22,236 nucleotides of DNA, from NCBI GenBank assembly GCA_043816185.1, contig JBDRIG010000059.1, positions 1 to 22,236 of the forward strand, in the 5' to 3' direction. Origin of the DNA: Elusimicrobiota bacterium (lineage in GTDB: Bacteria > Elusimicrobiota > UBA8919). Both the position numbers and the translations under genes were made by a program. Below the pieces are notes generated by a model. It was not told the DNA's origin. It worked only from the letters and a program-made list of their open reading frames with translations, and did no database searches. This document shows positions 8,766 to 18,068 of the stretch, in pieces (the first letter of the stretch is position 1; each line of letters begins with the position of its first letter).

Positions 8766-10353
8766 TTATTCTATCTCCAATATCTTTGTAATGTTTTCTG
8801 ATATTTGACTTTCTACCTTTTTCGCTTCCGCATTAAGAATATTCAATTCTTTGTTCAATTCCTCTATCCGTTCCCTAAAATCAAAGTCGTCTTCTTCTCT
8901 TTCAGCAACTCCGACATAGCGACCTGGGTTCAGTGAATATCCCTGTTCCGTGATTTCTTTTATTGTTGCTACTTTGCAGAGTCCTGCAACATTCTGATAT
9001 TTACCTTTTGGGAAAGATTCTTTCATCAGTTTTTCACTGCCACTAATTGTTTCAACTTTTCTACCACGGTATAATCTTACTATGTTTGAAATGAACTCTG
9101 TTTGTTCAGGGGTATATTCTCTATGGGCACGGTCAATTTGTTTGTATATACTACGGGTATCAATGAATAGGACTTTGTCTTTATTGGATGTCCCCTGCTT
9201 ACTACATGCAGTGGCAGGTTTTCGTTTTTCCTTTATCAAAAAACCATAATGTGCAGGGTAGTGCTACGGTATAAAAGAAGTTTGGACCAACGGAGATAAT
9301 TACATCTACCACCCCTTCTTCTATCATCTTTTTTCTGATGTCCTGTTCTGATTGTCTGGCATCAGCGGCAGAGTTTGCCATAACAAAACCTGCTCTGCCT
9401 TTGTCATTAAGTGTATTAAGAAAAATCTGTATCCATAAATAATTGGCATTATCGGGTTTTGGTATTCCATAACTGAATCGCTTGTCTTCCTTGATTTTTT
9501 CTTTATCTACTCCGCTTACATTGAAAGGCGGATTTGCCATTACGAAATCAAACTTATTTATTGAATTGTGCGGGTCATCGTAATAAGTATTCCCTGGTTT
9601 TATATCTCCTGATAGATTGTATATGGCAAGGTTCATCTTGCATAGTTTTATCGTCTCGGCGGTTTTCTCCTGACCGTATATGGAAATTTCTTTGTTTGGT
9701 ATTGCTTTATGTTTTTCTACAAATTTTGCACTATGAACAAACATACCGCCAGAACCACAGGCCGGGTCATAAATTTTACCGTGAAACGGTTCTATAACTT
9801 CCACTATAAGTTTGACAATAGAGGCAGGAGTGAAAAATTCTCCGCCTTTTTGTCCTTCCGCTAATGCAAATTTGCCGAGAAAGTATTCATAAATTTTGCC
9901 GAATATATCTCCTTCAGCGTCCATAGGAATACTTGAGAGTGTTTTTAATAGGGCTATCAAAACATCTTTTTCAAATTCGTTATATGTTTTGGGCAGGATC
10001 CCTTTAAGTTCTTCATTTTCGGACTCTATTTGTTTCATTGCATTGTTGATGGCTTTTCCGATGTCTTCACTTTCAGGAAGGTTATTTAAGTAACCGTAAC
10101 GGCTGGTTTCTGGGATATATAAAATACCTTTTGCCTGATAATCGGTTTTTGATATTCCTTTACGGCTTTTTGATTTCCGATGTTGTTTTTCAATCTCCTC
10201 ATTTGCGATAGAGAATCTTATATCAGCATAGAGTAAAAAGATTAACCCTAATACCGGGACGGAATATTCTGACGATTTCAAATGTGAGTTTGCTCTGAGT
10301 TGGTCTGCGACTTCCCAAAGCCGTTTTTCTGTATCAGTGTGATTGCCAGACAT
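8766..10353 (-). pseudogene. hsdM: Type I R-M methyltransferase subunit M, split by a +1 frameshift near 9190-9230
   Basis: ORF 9202-10353 has [23 protein letters not shown] and NPPF. The continuation KDKVLFID...YSLNPGRYV and the C-terminal helix lie in another frame (8766-9239). Confidence 0.9.
9190..9218. repeat. Hairpin insert at the hsdM frameshift
   Basis: Minus strand CCTGC-cACTGCATGTAGTaa-GCAGG. Removing 9190-9217 (28 nt) restores the frame as DKGKTKTSNKDKVLFID. Confidence 0.7.
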
Positions 10354-10387
10354 TGCTAATTCTCCTTATCAAACTTTACCTATTCTT

Positions 10388-11968
10388 TTATTTTGTAGTG
10401 ATTCGCCCTCCGAATTTTCCATCTCTCAGTTCAATTTTTACGTCATCTCCAACGACTATATTTTCTACACTTTTTACAATTTTACCTCCACAATTATAAA
10501 CTAACCCAAACCCTAACTTTAATATGTTAACTGGATTTTTTGAGTTATTCAGTCGTTCTAATGTTTTTAATTTTTGAGAACTGTCTTCAAAAATCTTTTT
10601 CAGATTCCATTTTATTTTTTCCGATATCTGGCAGACTTTATTTTCAAGTTCCCTAACAAGAATAATGGTTGCTGATTTTACTTCATTGGTCATATTTTTT
10701 AGTCGTTCTTTTTCATTTGATAAAATCCATTTCTGAGTTTCTAAAATATCATCGGATAATTTCTCAATAGCAACCTCAAACTTTCTCACTTTTTCAACAA
10801 CAAACTGGGCAGTTGCCGTCGGTGTTTTGAACGATTGATTTGAAACCTCATCAGCAATTGTTCTGTCTATCTGATGCCCTATTCCGGTCAAAACTGGACT
10901 TTCTGAGTTTGCAATAGCAACTGCCACACCCTCTTTATCAAAACCCATCAAATCCGATGCGCTGCCACCACCACGAACAATTGCTATAACATCAACTGGA
11001 TATTTATTTAACGTAAAAATTGCATTTCTCACTTCGCTTTCAAGATTATTTCCCTGCATTCTCGCATCACACAAAAAAACCTTAAAAGAATAATTGGATT
11101 TTTTAAGCTCGTCTATAAAATCATTGTAGGCTGCGCTTCCGACGGACGTTATAAGTCCAACATTTAATGGAACAAGAGGAATTTCTATTTTTTTGTTTTT
11201 GTCAATCAGCCCTATTTTTTCTAATCTTTCGAGTATAAGTTTTCGTTCTAACGCCATTTTACCAATGGTATATTCAGGCTCTATATCAGTAATACAGATC
11301 TGCAATTTCCCATATGGTGGATAAAAATCAACAAAACATTTTGCTTTTATTTGAAGTTCGTCTTTTAAAACAAAACCCGGTGCAATCGCTTCCATTTTAG
11401 CTTTAATTATATCTCTATCGTCACCTCGAATCATCGCTGAAATAGTTGCTTTTCTTTCTTTTGTTTGAGAATCCTGTTCAACAAGTTCAAAATAAACTTG
11501 ACGATAAGAACGAGTATTCGCTCTTACAATATCAAAGTCGTAACGATAAATTTCTCCGCAAACCCACACACTGTCCTTGAATGAGCTATTGAGCACATGC
11601 TTTATCTGACTGTTGAGTTGACTTATTGTAAGAGGCGTGTTTGAATTTATGGTAAGTTTCTTCTCTAAATTATTTTGTGAAAATAGCGGGCTGTCATCGA
11701 AAAGCGTTTGACTAGTTGATGATTTTTCGCATACTTTTGACTGAGTGTTTTGTATTAAATCAATGATTTCTACGCCGTACTGTTTCAGTTTTTTTTCGCC
11801 AATACCTTTTACATTTGACAACTCGGAAAGTGTTTGCGGATTAGATGTGGCAATGTTTTTCAGAGTTGGATTGGAAAGTACAAAATATTTTTTATCGTTG
11901 GTAATTCCCTTTTTTTTGGCTTTCCAATCACGCCAATTTCTTAAACGATTGTAGATTTCGTCTATCAT
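10388..11968 (-). CDS. xseA: Exodeoxyribonuclease VII large subunit with N-terminal HRDC domain
   Basis: TISQLN...VWVCGEI OB-fold start; GLITS...AAYND, IVRGGGS..DL, TGIGHQID and TPTA motifs. First ~75 aa fit HRDC (LRNWR...A...TLKNIA...P.TL.EL..VKGIGEKKLKQYG). Confidence 0.92.
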   Translation of the reverse strand: MIDEIYNRLRNWRDWKAKKKGITNDKKYFVLSNPTLKNIATSNPQTLSELSNVKGIGEKKLKQYGVEIIDLIQNTQSKVCEKSSTSQTLFDDSPLFSQNNLEKKLTINSNTPLTISQLNSQIKHVLNSSFKDSVWVCGEIYRYDFDIVRANTRSYRQVYFELVEQDSQTKERKATISAMIRGDDRDIIKAKMEAIAPGFVLKDELQIKAKCFVDFYPPYGKLQICITDIEPEYTIGKMALERKLILERLEKIGLIDKNKKIEIPLVPLNVGLITSVGSAAYNDFIDELKKSNYSFKVFLCDARMQGNNLESEVRNAIFTLNKYPVDVIAIVRGGGSASDLMGFDKEGVAVAIANSESPVLTGIGHQIDRTIADEVSNQSFKTPTATAQFVVEKVRKFEVAIEKLSDDILETQKWILSNEKERLKNMTNEVKSATIILVRELENKVCQISEKIKWNLKKIFEDSSQKLKTLERLNNSKNPVNILKLGFGLVYNCGGKIVKSVENIVVGDDVKIELRDGKFGGRITTK

Positions 11969-12009
11969 ACATTTTTTTCACAAGTTAACACTACTTCATT
12001 CATTATTCA

Positions 12010-12930
12010 TTATTTCACTAACGTAAGCCAGTTATATTTATCGTTTGTCTTACCTCTTAAAATATTAAAATATGCTATCTGTAACTTTTTCGTAATTTCA
12101 CCACAACCACCTTTTCCTATGGTTATATTATCAATTTTTGAAACAGGCGTAATCTCCGCAGCGGTACCACTTAAAAAAACTTCATCAGCAATATAAAGCG
12201 ATTCTCTTGGGATAGAATGTTGTTCGATTCTCATTTTCATATCTCTTGCAATCGTAAATACGGTATGCCGCGTAATACCTGCAAGTATAGACGAGCTAGT
12301 AGGCGGTGTAAAAATCACTCCGTTTTTGACGATAAAAATGTTTTCTCCGCTTGCTTCCGAAACATAGCCATAGACGTCAAGTGCAATCGCCTCGTCGTAC
12401 CCACCTTGTATTGCTTCCATTTTTATTAATTGAGAATTGATATAATTTCCACCCGCTTTGGCAAGTGAAGGAAATGTATCGGGTGCGGCACGTCTCCAAG
12501 ACGAAACAATAACGGATGCACCTTTCTCCAACGCTTCTTTACCGAGGTAAGCACCCCACTTCCATGCGGCAACAGCACAATTAATAGGATTTTTTAACGG
12601 ATTAACCCCTATTTCGCCATACCCACGGAATACAATCGGCCTGATATAACATTCTTTGAAATTATTTTTTTTTACAATATCAACAGTTGCCTTGAAAAAA
12701 TCCTTCTTGGAAAAAGGAATTTCCATTCTGTAAATTTTTGCCGAATCATAAAGACGATCAATGTGAGCATCAATCCTAAATATAGCAGGACCTTTTTGCG
12801 TATCGTAGCATCGCATCGATTCAAAAATGGATGAGCCGTAATGAACAACGTGTGACATTAGATGAATTTTTGCATCTTGCCAGTCAACAAATTTTCCATC
12901 AAACCAAATTTTCCCCTCTCCAAAACTCAT
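12010..12930 (-). CDS. ilvE: Branched-chain amino acid aminotransferase
   Basis: HYGSSIFE, YIRP, AKAGGNY (PLP lysine), EASGENIF, ILAGITR and SGTAAEITP motifs. Confidence 0.95.
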   Translation of the reverse strand: MSFGEGKIWFDGKFVDWQDAKIHLMSHVVHYGSSIFESMRCYDTQKGPAIFRIDAHIDRLYDSAKIYRMEIPFSKKDFFKATVDIVKKNNFKECYIRPIVFRGYGEIGVNPLKNPINCAVAAWKWGAYLGKEALEKGASVIVSSWRRAAPDTFPSLAKAGGNYINSQLIKMEAIQGGYDEAIALDVYGYVSEASGENIFIVKNGVIFTPPTSSSILAGITRHTVFTIARDMKMRIEQHSIPRESLYIADEVFLSGTAAEITPVSKIDNITIGKGGCGEITKKLQIAYFNILRGKTNDKYNWLTLVK

Positions 12931-13044
12931 AATAGCCTCCGATAATATTACAAAATTACAAAAAATTTAAACAATCTCATAACAACAATCATTTATTTTA
13001 TTCTACAACACTACATTTACGATGCTACATTTATAACATTACAT

Positions 13045-13881
13045 TTATTTTTTTCTTTTTTCAAATTTTTCCAATTCTTTTTTCACTTTCTCTGCTTTTT
13101 TGTCATCGACAATCCATTTTGATGGAGCATCTTCCATCACCTTACTAAAAACCCGCAGGCTTTTTATTGCTTCCCTCAAATCGCTTTCTAATTTTTCGTC
13201 CGTTAATAATTTGCCAAATATTCCATCGCCCGCCTCTATTGATTTAGAAATTTTTTCAAGTGAAGTAAGCGTTGAATCAAACTTTTTCAAAATACTTGTA
13301 GGTCGCCCTTCGGTAACTAAATTTTTTAGTTCTTTCGAAATAATTGTTAAATCTTTCGAAATAATTGTTAAATCGTATGAAAACTTGTTAAGATTATTTA
13401 TTGTAAATTTTATGCTACTATCGGTGGTTAAACTTTTTAATGAATTCAAAAGTGAATTTATTGCTGACTGCGTTCTATCAAACATTTTATCAATACTTAT
13501 TGGATCAATACCAATGACTGTATCTCCATTTTTCAACAATTCAAAAGTATCGTTTCCAAAAGTAAGTTGAATAAATTTTACCCCTATAATTCCCGATGAA
13601 AAAATGTATACGTCGGCATTCTTATAAATCTTCACATCGGTATCTACCCAAACAATTACCTTGGCTTTTCCATTCTCTAATGTTATATTTTTTACATAGC
13701 CAACATTTACACCAGCAATTTGCACATTTGCCTGTTTTAAGAGTCCTTGAACATCATTAAATAAAATGTTAATCTCATAACCTTTCTCGAAGATTCTAAG
13801 GCTCGACAAAATCATAACCGAAGCAGCAAGAATAATTGCTCCAAAAATAATTACGATTCCAACTTTGGTTTCTTGTTTCAT
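13045..13881 (-). CDS. mlaD: MlaD/MCE-domain protein
   Basis: MKQETKVG plus TM helix, F.DVQGL...V.IAGVNVGYV, GIIGVKFIQL and a helical tail with G.GIFGKLL.D. Start set at ATG 13881 with GGAG RBS. Confidence 0.88.
   Translation of the reverse strand: MKQETKVGIVIIFGAIILAASVMILSSLRIFEKGYEINILFNDVQGLLKQANVQIAGVNVGYVKNITLENGKAKVIVWVDTDVKIYKNADVYIFSSGIIGVKFIQLTFGNDTFELLKNGDTVIGIDPISIDKMFDRTQSAINSLLNSLKSLTTDSSIKFTINNLNKFSYDLTIISKDLTIISKELKNLVTEGRPTSILKKFDSTLTSLEKISKSIEAGDGIFGKLLTDEKLESDLREAIKSLRVFSKVMEDAPSKWIVDDKKAEKVKKELEKFEKRKK
13331..13374. repeat. Perfect 21-nt tandem duplication in mlaD
   Basis: tctttcgaaataattgttaaa twice, giving DLTIISK-DLTIISK. Confidence 0.95.
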
Positions 13882-13998
13882 AGTTAACTCCGTGAACACA
13901 CTGAACCGACTCGAAACTTTCACTATGGCGAATAGAACCAGCACACTTGTTTACCATCGTCGAATAGAGAACTGGTCTATATTTATTTCGTGTTCCGC

Positions 13999-14778
13999 TT
14001 AGCGAAATTCTGTGTCTGTTTCGTATTCTTTTATCTTCATTTTTATTGGTCCTGTTGAAGAACCAGTTGTGAACTGTTTTACGTACTGATTTTCTGTTTT
14101 TTTGATTTCATCAGGTGTTCCTACTTCAATAATTTTACCGTCGTAAAGCATAGCAATTCTATCGGAAATTTTATACGCACTGGTCATATCGTGAGTTACA
14201 ACTATTGAGGTAATGTTTAATGATTTTTGAAGATTAATTATTAAGTCGTCAATAATATCTGCCATAATAGGATCTAATCCTGTCGTTGGCTCATCGTAAA
14301 AAATATATTTTGGGTCTGTCGCGATTGTCCTTGCTAATGCAACTCGCTTTTTCATTCCACCAGACAATTCCGACGGCTTCATTTGCTCTATGTTTTCAAG
14401 TCCCACCATAGAAAGACATATCTTAACCTTTTTTGAAATTTCTTCGTTCGATTTATCGGTAAGATTCCTCAGACCGAAAGCCACGTTGTCACCAACGGTT
14501 AAAGAATCAAAAAGCGCGGCGCCCTGAAAAAGAAATCCAAAATTTTTTTGAACTTTTGAAAGTGATTTTTCGCCAAGCTTAGTTATCTCAATATCATCAA
14601 CAAATATTTCACCAAAATCTGGTTTCAAAAGTCCAACGATATGTTTTATAAGAACAGATTTTCCACAACCACTACCACCGATAATAGTAATCGTTTCTCT
14701 ATCTTTAATCGTAAGATTTACACCACTTAAAACTTTATTATCTGCAAATGCTTTATGCAAGTCAACAATTTTTATCAT
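13999..14778 (-). CDS. mlaF: ABC transporter ATP-binding protein, MlaF/Mkl family
   Basis: GGSGCGKS, FQGAALFDSLTV, LSGGMKKRVALAR, DEPTTGLDP and VTHD motifs. Confidence 0.92.
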   Translation of the reverse strand: MIKIVDLHKAFADNKVLSGVNLTIKDRETITIIGGSGCGKSVLIKHIVGLLKPDFGEIFVDDIEITKLGEKSLSKVQKNFGFLFQGAALFDSLTVGDNVAFGLRNLTDKSNEEISKKVKICLSMVGLENIEQMKPSELSGGMKKRVALARTIATDPKYIFYDEPTTGLDPIMADIIDDLIINLQKSLNITSIVVTHDMTSAYKISDRIAMLYDGKIIEVGTPDEIKKTENQYVKQFTTGSSTGPIKMKIKEYETDTEFR

Positions 14779-14791
14779 CGTGTTAAATAAA

Positions 14792-15256
14792 TCATATAAT
14801 ATTTGAGTCTTTTTCCTTGCTTCTTGGTAAAAACGAATAGATAAATAAAATTGTCATTCCAACTGTAATCGCAGAATCGGCGATATTAAAAACAGGCCAA
14901 ATACGGAAGTCCAAAAAATCAACAATTTCTCCTCGAAAAATACGATCGGAAAGGTTGCCGATCGCACCGCCCAATATTAGTGAAAAAGATACTTGGCTTA
15001 TATGAAAAATATTTTTTCTGGTAAAAATTAAAACTGAAATTAAAATTATAGCAACGATAGAAAAAATAAGTAAAACCTTTCCATATCCCTGGAATATTCC
15101 AAATGCAGCACCTGTATTTGTAATGTATGTTATATGAAAAATATTTTTTAAAACAGCAACTGACTCTCCTAAATAAAATTTTTTTATTATAATAAATTTT
15201 GTAAGTTGATCTAAAATTAAAACGATAATAATAATTATTATAGATTTTTTACACAT
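14792..15256 (-). CDS. lspA: Lipoprotein signal peptidase II
   Basis: DQLTK, NTGAAFG, GNLSDR, VDFLD and FNIAD motifs; follows ileS. ATG 15256 chosen; TTG at 15265 is an alternative start. Confidence 0.95.
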   Translation of the reverse strand: MCKKSIIIIIIVLILDQLTKFIIIKKFYLGESVAVLKNIFHITYITNTGAAFGIFQGYGKVLLIFSIVAIILISVLIFTRKNIFHISQVSFSLILGGAIGNLSDRIFRGEIVDFLDFRIWPVFNIADSAITVGMTILFIYSFLPRSKEKDSNII

Positions 15257-18063
15257 TTTGAACAAATCTCTTTGTGGTCAGCGTCAATACCAACAGTTTC
15301 AGACCACATCCAACAACGAGTACATTTTTTACCTTCCGCTGGCAAAACCTTGACTTCTATATTTTCTAATTCATCCTTACTACCACCAACAGACTCTTCA
15401 TTAATTTCAAGTTGCGAAACTAAAAACGTATATAAAAGATTTTGGTGATTTTCTTTTAAAAATTTCTTTTTTTCGTCATCATTAGTATATACTACAACCT
15501 TTGCTTCAAGCGAATTTCCTATAAGTCCTTTTTTCCTCTCATCTTCAAGAAATTTTAATACAACGTCTCTAATTTTTATGATTTTTTCAAATTTTTTTTC
15601 TATTTCTTGGTTTATAAATTTTTCATTGACTCCCTGAATATTCAACAAAAATACAGATTCTTCCCATTTCCCTTTTTCTTCGTTACAGGTTTTATCTGTG
15701 GTGAATCCATTTGTTCCACCTCGCTTCTCTATATATTCTTGATAAGATTCTTCCGCAGTAAAAGAAATTATTGGAGTAAGAAATGGAAGTAAACTAAGAA
15801 ATATCTCTTCAATTACTGTTTGGGCTGATAATCGCTCTTTTGATTTTTTATTGAAAGTATAAAGACGATCTTTCAACATATTAAAATAAAACGATGAAAG
15901 TTCAACAACACAAAAGTTATATATTAGACGAAAGACCTTATGAAATTCGTAGTTATCATAACCAGTTTTTAACTCGGAAATAAGCCACTGAAGTTTTGAA
16001 AGCATCCATTTATCAACATCTAAAAGTTCATCGTAAGAAATCCTATCTTTCTCAGTAAATTCACTGATGTTGCCAAGTATAAATCTAATAGTATTTCTTA
16101 TTTTTCTATATGCATCAATTGACTGGGTAAGGATTTCTTCTGATAGACGAACATCGTCCTGATAATTTTCGGATGCAACCCAGAGCCGCAAAATTTCTGC
16201 ACCATATTTTTTTATTACGTCCGATGGGTCGATTACATTGCCTAATGATTTTGACATTTTTTTCCCTTCGCCATCAACAACAAAACCATGTGTTAAAACC
16301 GTTTTATATGGAGGTTGTTCCTCAATAGCGACGGAAGGTATAAGCGATGTTTGAAACCAACCACGATGCTGGTCACTTCCCTCTAAATATAAATCAGCTG
16401 GAAAACAAAGCGCTTCATTAGTCCTTAAAACCGCAAACGATGAAACGCCAGAATCAAACCATACATCTAAAATATCGTCGGATTTTTTGAAATTTTCGCC
16501 ACCACATTTCTTGCATTTTGTGTTTTCATCTAAGATCTCTTTTATTGGCATTTCAAGATATTTATTGGAACCATATTCTGCTGTTATTGTCTCAATTTTC
16601 TCCAAAATATTTTCATCTAAAATCGGTTCATCGCAATTACAGCAATAAATAATTGGTATTGGTGTTCCCCAAAATCTCTGACGACTTAAACACCAGTCGG
16701 GACGAACCTCAAGCATACTTTTAATTCTATTTTCTCCATACTGTGGAACCCAATTTACTTTTTTTATTGATTCCAATAATTGTTGTCTTAGATTTTTATG
16801 ATTTACTGACAAAAACCACTGTTTTGTTGCTCTGAAAATTATCGGATTTTTGCATCTCCAACAATGAGGATAAGAATGAGAAATATCCTGACTTGCAAGA
16901 AGCAGTTTTTTTTCTTCAAGAAATTTTATTATTTTTTTATTTGCATCGAAAACATTTTCACCATCAAATTTTGGCACATCTTTCGTAAATCTTCCCTTCT
17001 CATCGACGGGTGAGATGACAGGTAGATTATATTTTAATCCAACGATATAATCGTCTTCGCCGTGACCAGGTGCAATATGAACAATTCCAGTACCATCGTC
17101 TAATGAAACAAAATCAGCAACCACGCCAATAGATTCCCTCTCAACAACAGGATTCTGACATTTAATTCCTTCGAGTTGAGAACCTTTAATTTTTGATATA
17201 ATTTTATAATCTGATACTTTTAGTACTTTTTTTAAGTATTCAAGGCGTGCTTCGGCAAAAATATATATTTCGCCATTTGAAATTTCTGCGATTACATAGT
17301 CAATATTCGGTTGAAATGCAATGGCAACGTTGGCGGGAAGTGTCCATGGAGTTGTGGTCCAGATGAGAACAGACAGAGTGGAAAAGGAAGCAAGAGAGAG
17401 AGAAGCAGGTAGATCAATAACAGGAAATTTCACAAAAATAGACGGTGAAGTGTGATCAGCATATTCAACCTCCGCATCAGCAAGTGCCGTTTCGCAGGTT
17501 GCACACCAATAAACTGGTTTTAATTTTCTATAAATATAACCATCTTTGAGAAGTTTTCTAAATACGGAAATAATTGTGCCCTCATACTCGTTTTTTAGGG
17601 TCAAATACGGATTTTCCCAATCACCAAAACAACCCAACCGCATAAATTCGTTACGTTGAATTTCAACAAACTTCATTGCAAAGTTCACCGCTTTTTTTCT
17701 GAAGTCAATTTTATTTACAACGTCCTTGCTAAGTCCCTTCTCCTTCATCAATTGATATTCTATTGGAAGTCCGTGACAATCCCATCCAGGAATATATGGC
17801 GAATCAAAACCAGATATAAATTTATATTTTATCACTATATCTTTAAGTATTTTATTAAGAGCGGTACCGAGATGAATATGTCCATTAGCATATGGAGGAC
17901 CATCGTGTAAAATGAATTTTTTTTTACCCTTATTTTTTTTGGTAAGTTTTTGATAGATATCAATTTTTTTCCAAAAATCCAGAATCTGCGGCTCCTTCTG
18001 TGAAAGATTTGCCTTCATTGAAAAATTTGTTTTCGGAAGATTTATTGTTTTAGTGTAGTCCAT
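15238..18063 (-). CDS. ileS: Isoleucine--tRNA ligase
   Basis: LHDGPPYANG, HIGH-like HLGT, GWDCHGLP, WTTTPWT, EGSDQHRGWF, KMSKS and a C-terminal Zn finger CTRCW...CSKC. ATG 18063 chosen over TTG 18072. Confidence 0.97.
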   Translation of the reverse strand: MDYTKTINLPKTNFSMKANLSQKEPQILDFWKKIDIYQKLTKKNKGKKKFILHDGPPYANGHIHLGTALNKILKDIVIKYKFISGFDSPYIPGWDCHGLPIEYQLMKEKGLSKDVVNKIDFRKKAVNFAMKFVEIQRNEFMRLGCFGDWENPYLTLKNEYEGTIISVFRKLLKDGYIYRKLKPVYWCATCETALADAEVEYADHTSPSIFVKFPVIDLPASLSLASFSTLSVLIWTTTPWTLPANVAIAFQPNIDYVIAEISNGEIYIFAEARLEYLKKVLKVSDYKIISKIKGSQLEGIKCQNPVVERESIGVVADFVSLDDGTGIVHIAPGHGEDDYIVGLKYNLPVISPVDEKGRFTKDVPKFDGENVFDANKKIIKFLEEKKLLLASQDISHSYPHCWRCKNPIIFRATKQWFLSVNHKNLRQQLLESIKKVNWVPQYGENRIKSMLEVRPDWCLSRQRFWGTPIPIIYCCNCDEPILDENILEKIETITAEYGSNKYLEMPIKEILDENTKCKKCGGENFKKSDDILDVWFDSGVSSFAVLRTNEALCFPADLYLEGSDQHRGWFQTSLIPSVAIEEQPPYKTVLTHGFVVDGEGKKMSKSLGNVIDPSDVIKKYGAEILRLWVASENYQDDVRLSEEILTQSIDAYRKIRNTIRFILGNISEFTEKDRISYDELLDVDKWMLSKLQWLISELKTGYDNYEFHKVFRLIYNFCVVELSSFYFNMLKDRLYTFNKKSKERLSAQTVIEEIFLSLLPFLTPIISFTAEESYQEYIEKRGGTNGFTTDKTCNEEKGKWEESVFLLNIQGVNEKFINQEIEKKFEKIIKIRDVVLKFLEDERKKGLIGNSLEAKVVVYTNDDEKKKFLKENHQNLLYTFLVSQLEINEESVGGSKDELENIEVKVLPAEGKKCTRCWMWSETVGIDADHKEICSKCVKNL

Positions 18064-18068
18064 AAAAT

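Noticed and set aside
8766..9239. 157-aa ORF as an independent gene
   Set aside because: It begins at a TTG inside hsdM and is the out-of-frame C-terminus of HsdM
2769..10390. Target-site duplication or att sites bounding the R-M island
   Set aside because: Only taaaag versus taaaaag at the two junctions: not identical and expected in AT-rich DNA
17370..17410. Purine-rich run in ileS containing gcagg as another hairpin insert
   Set aside because: No complementary arm and no AGTAAGCAGGG core; low-complexity coding sequence
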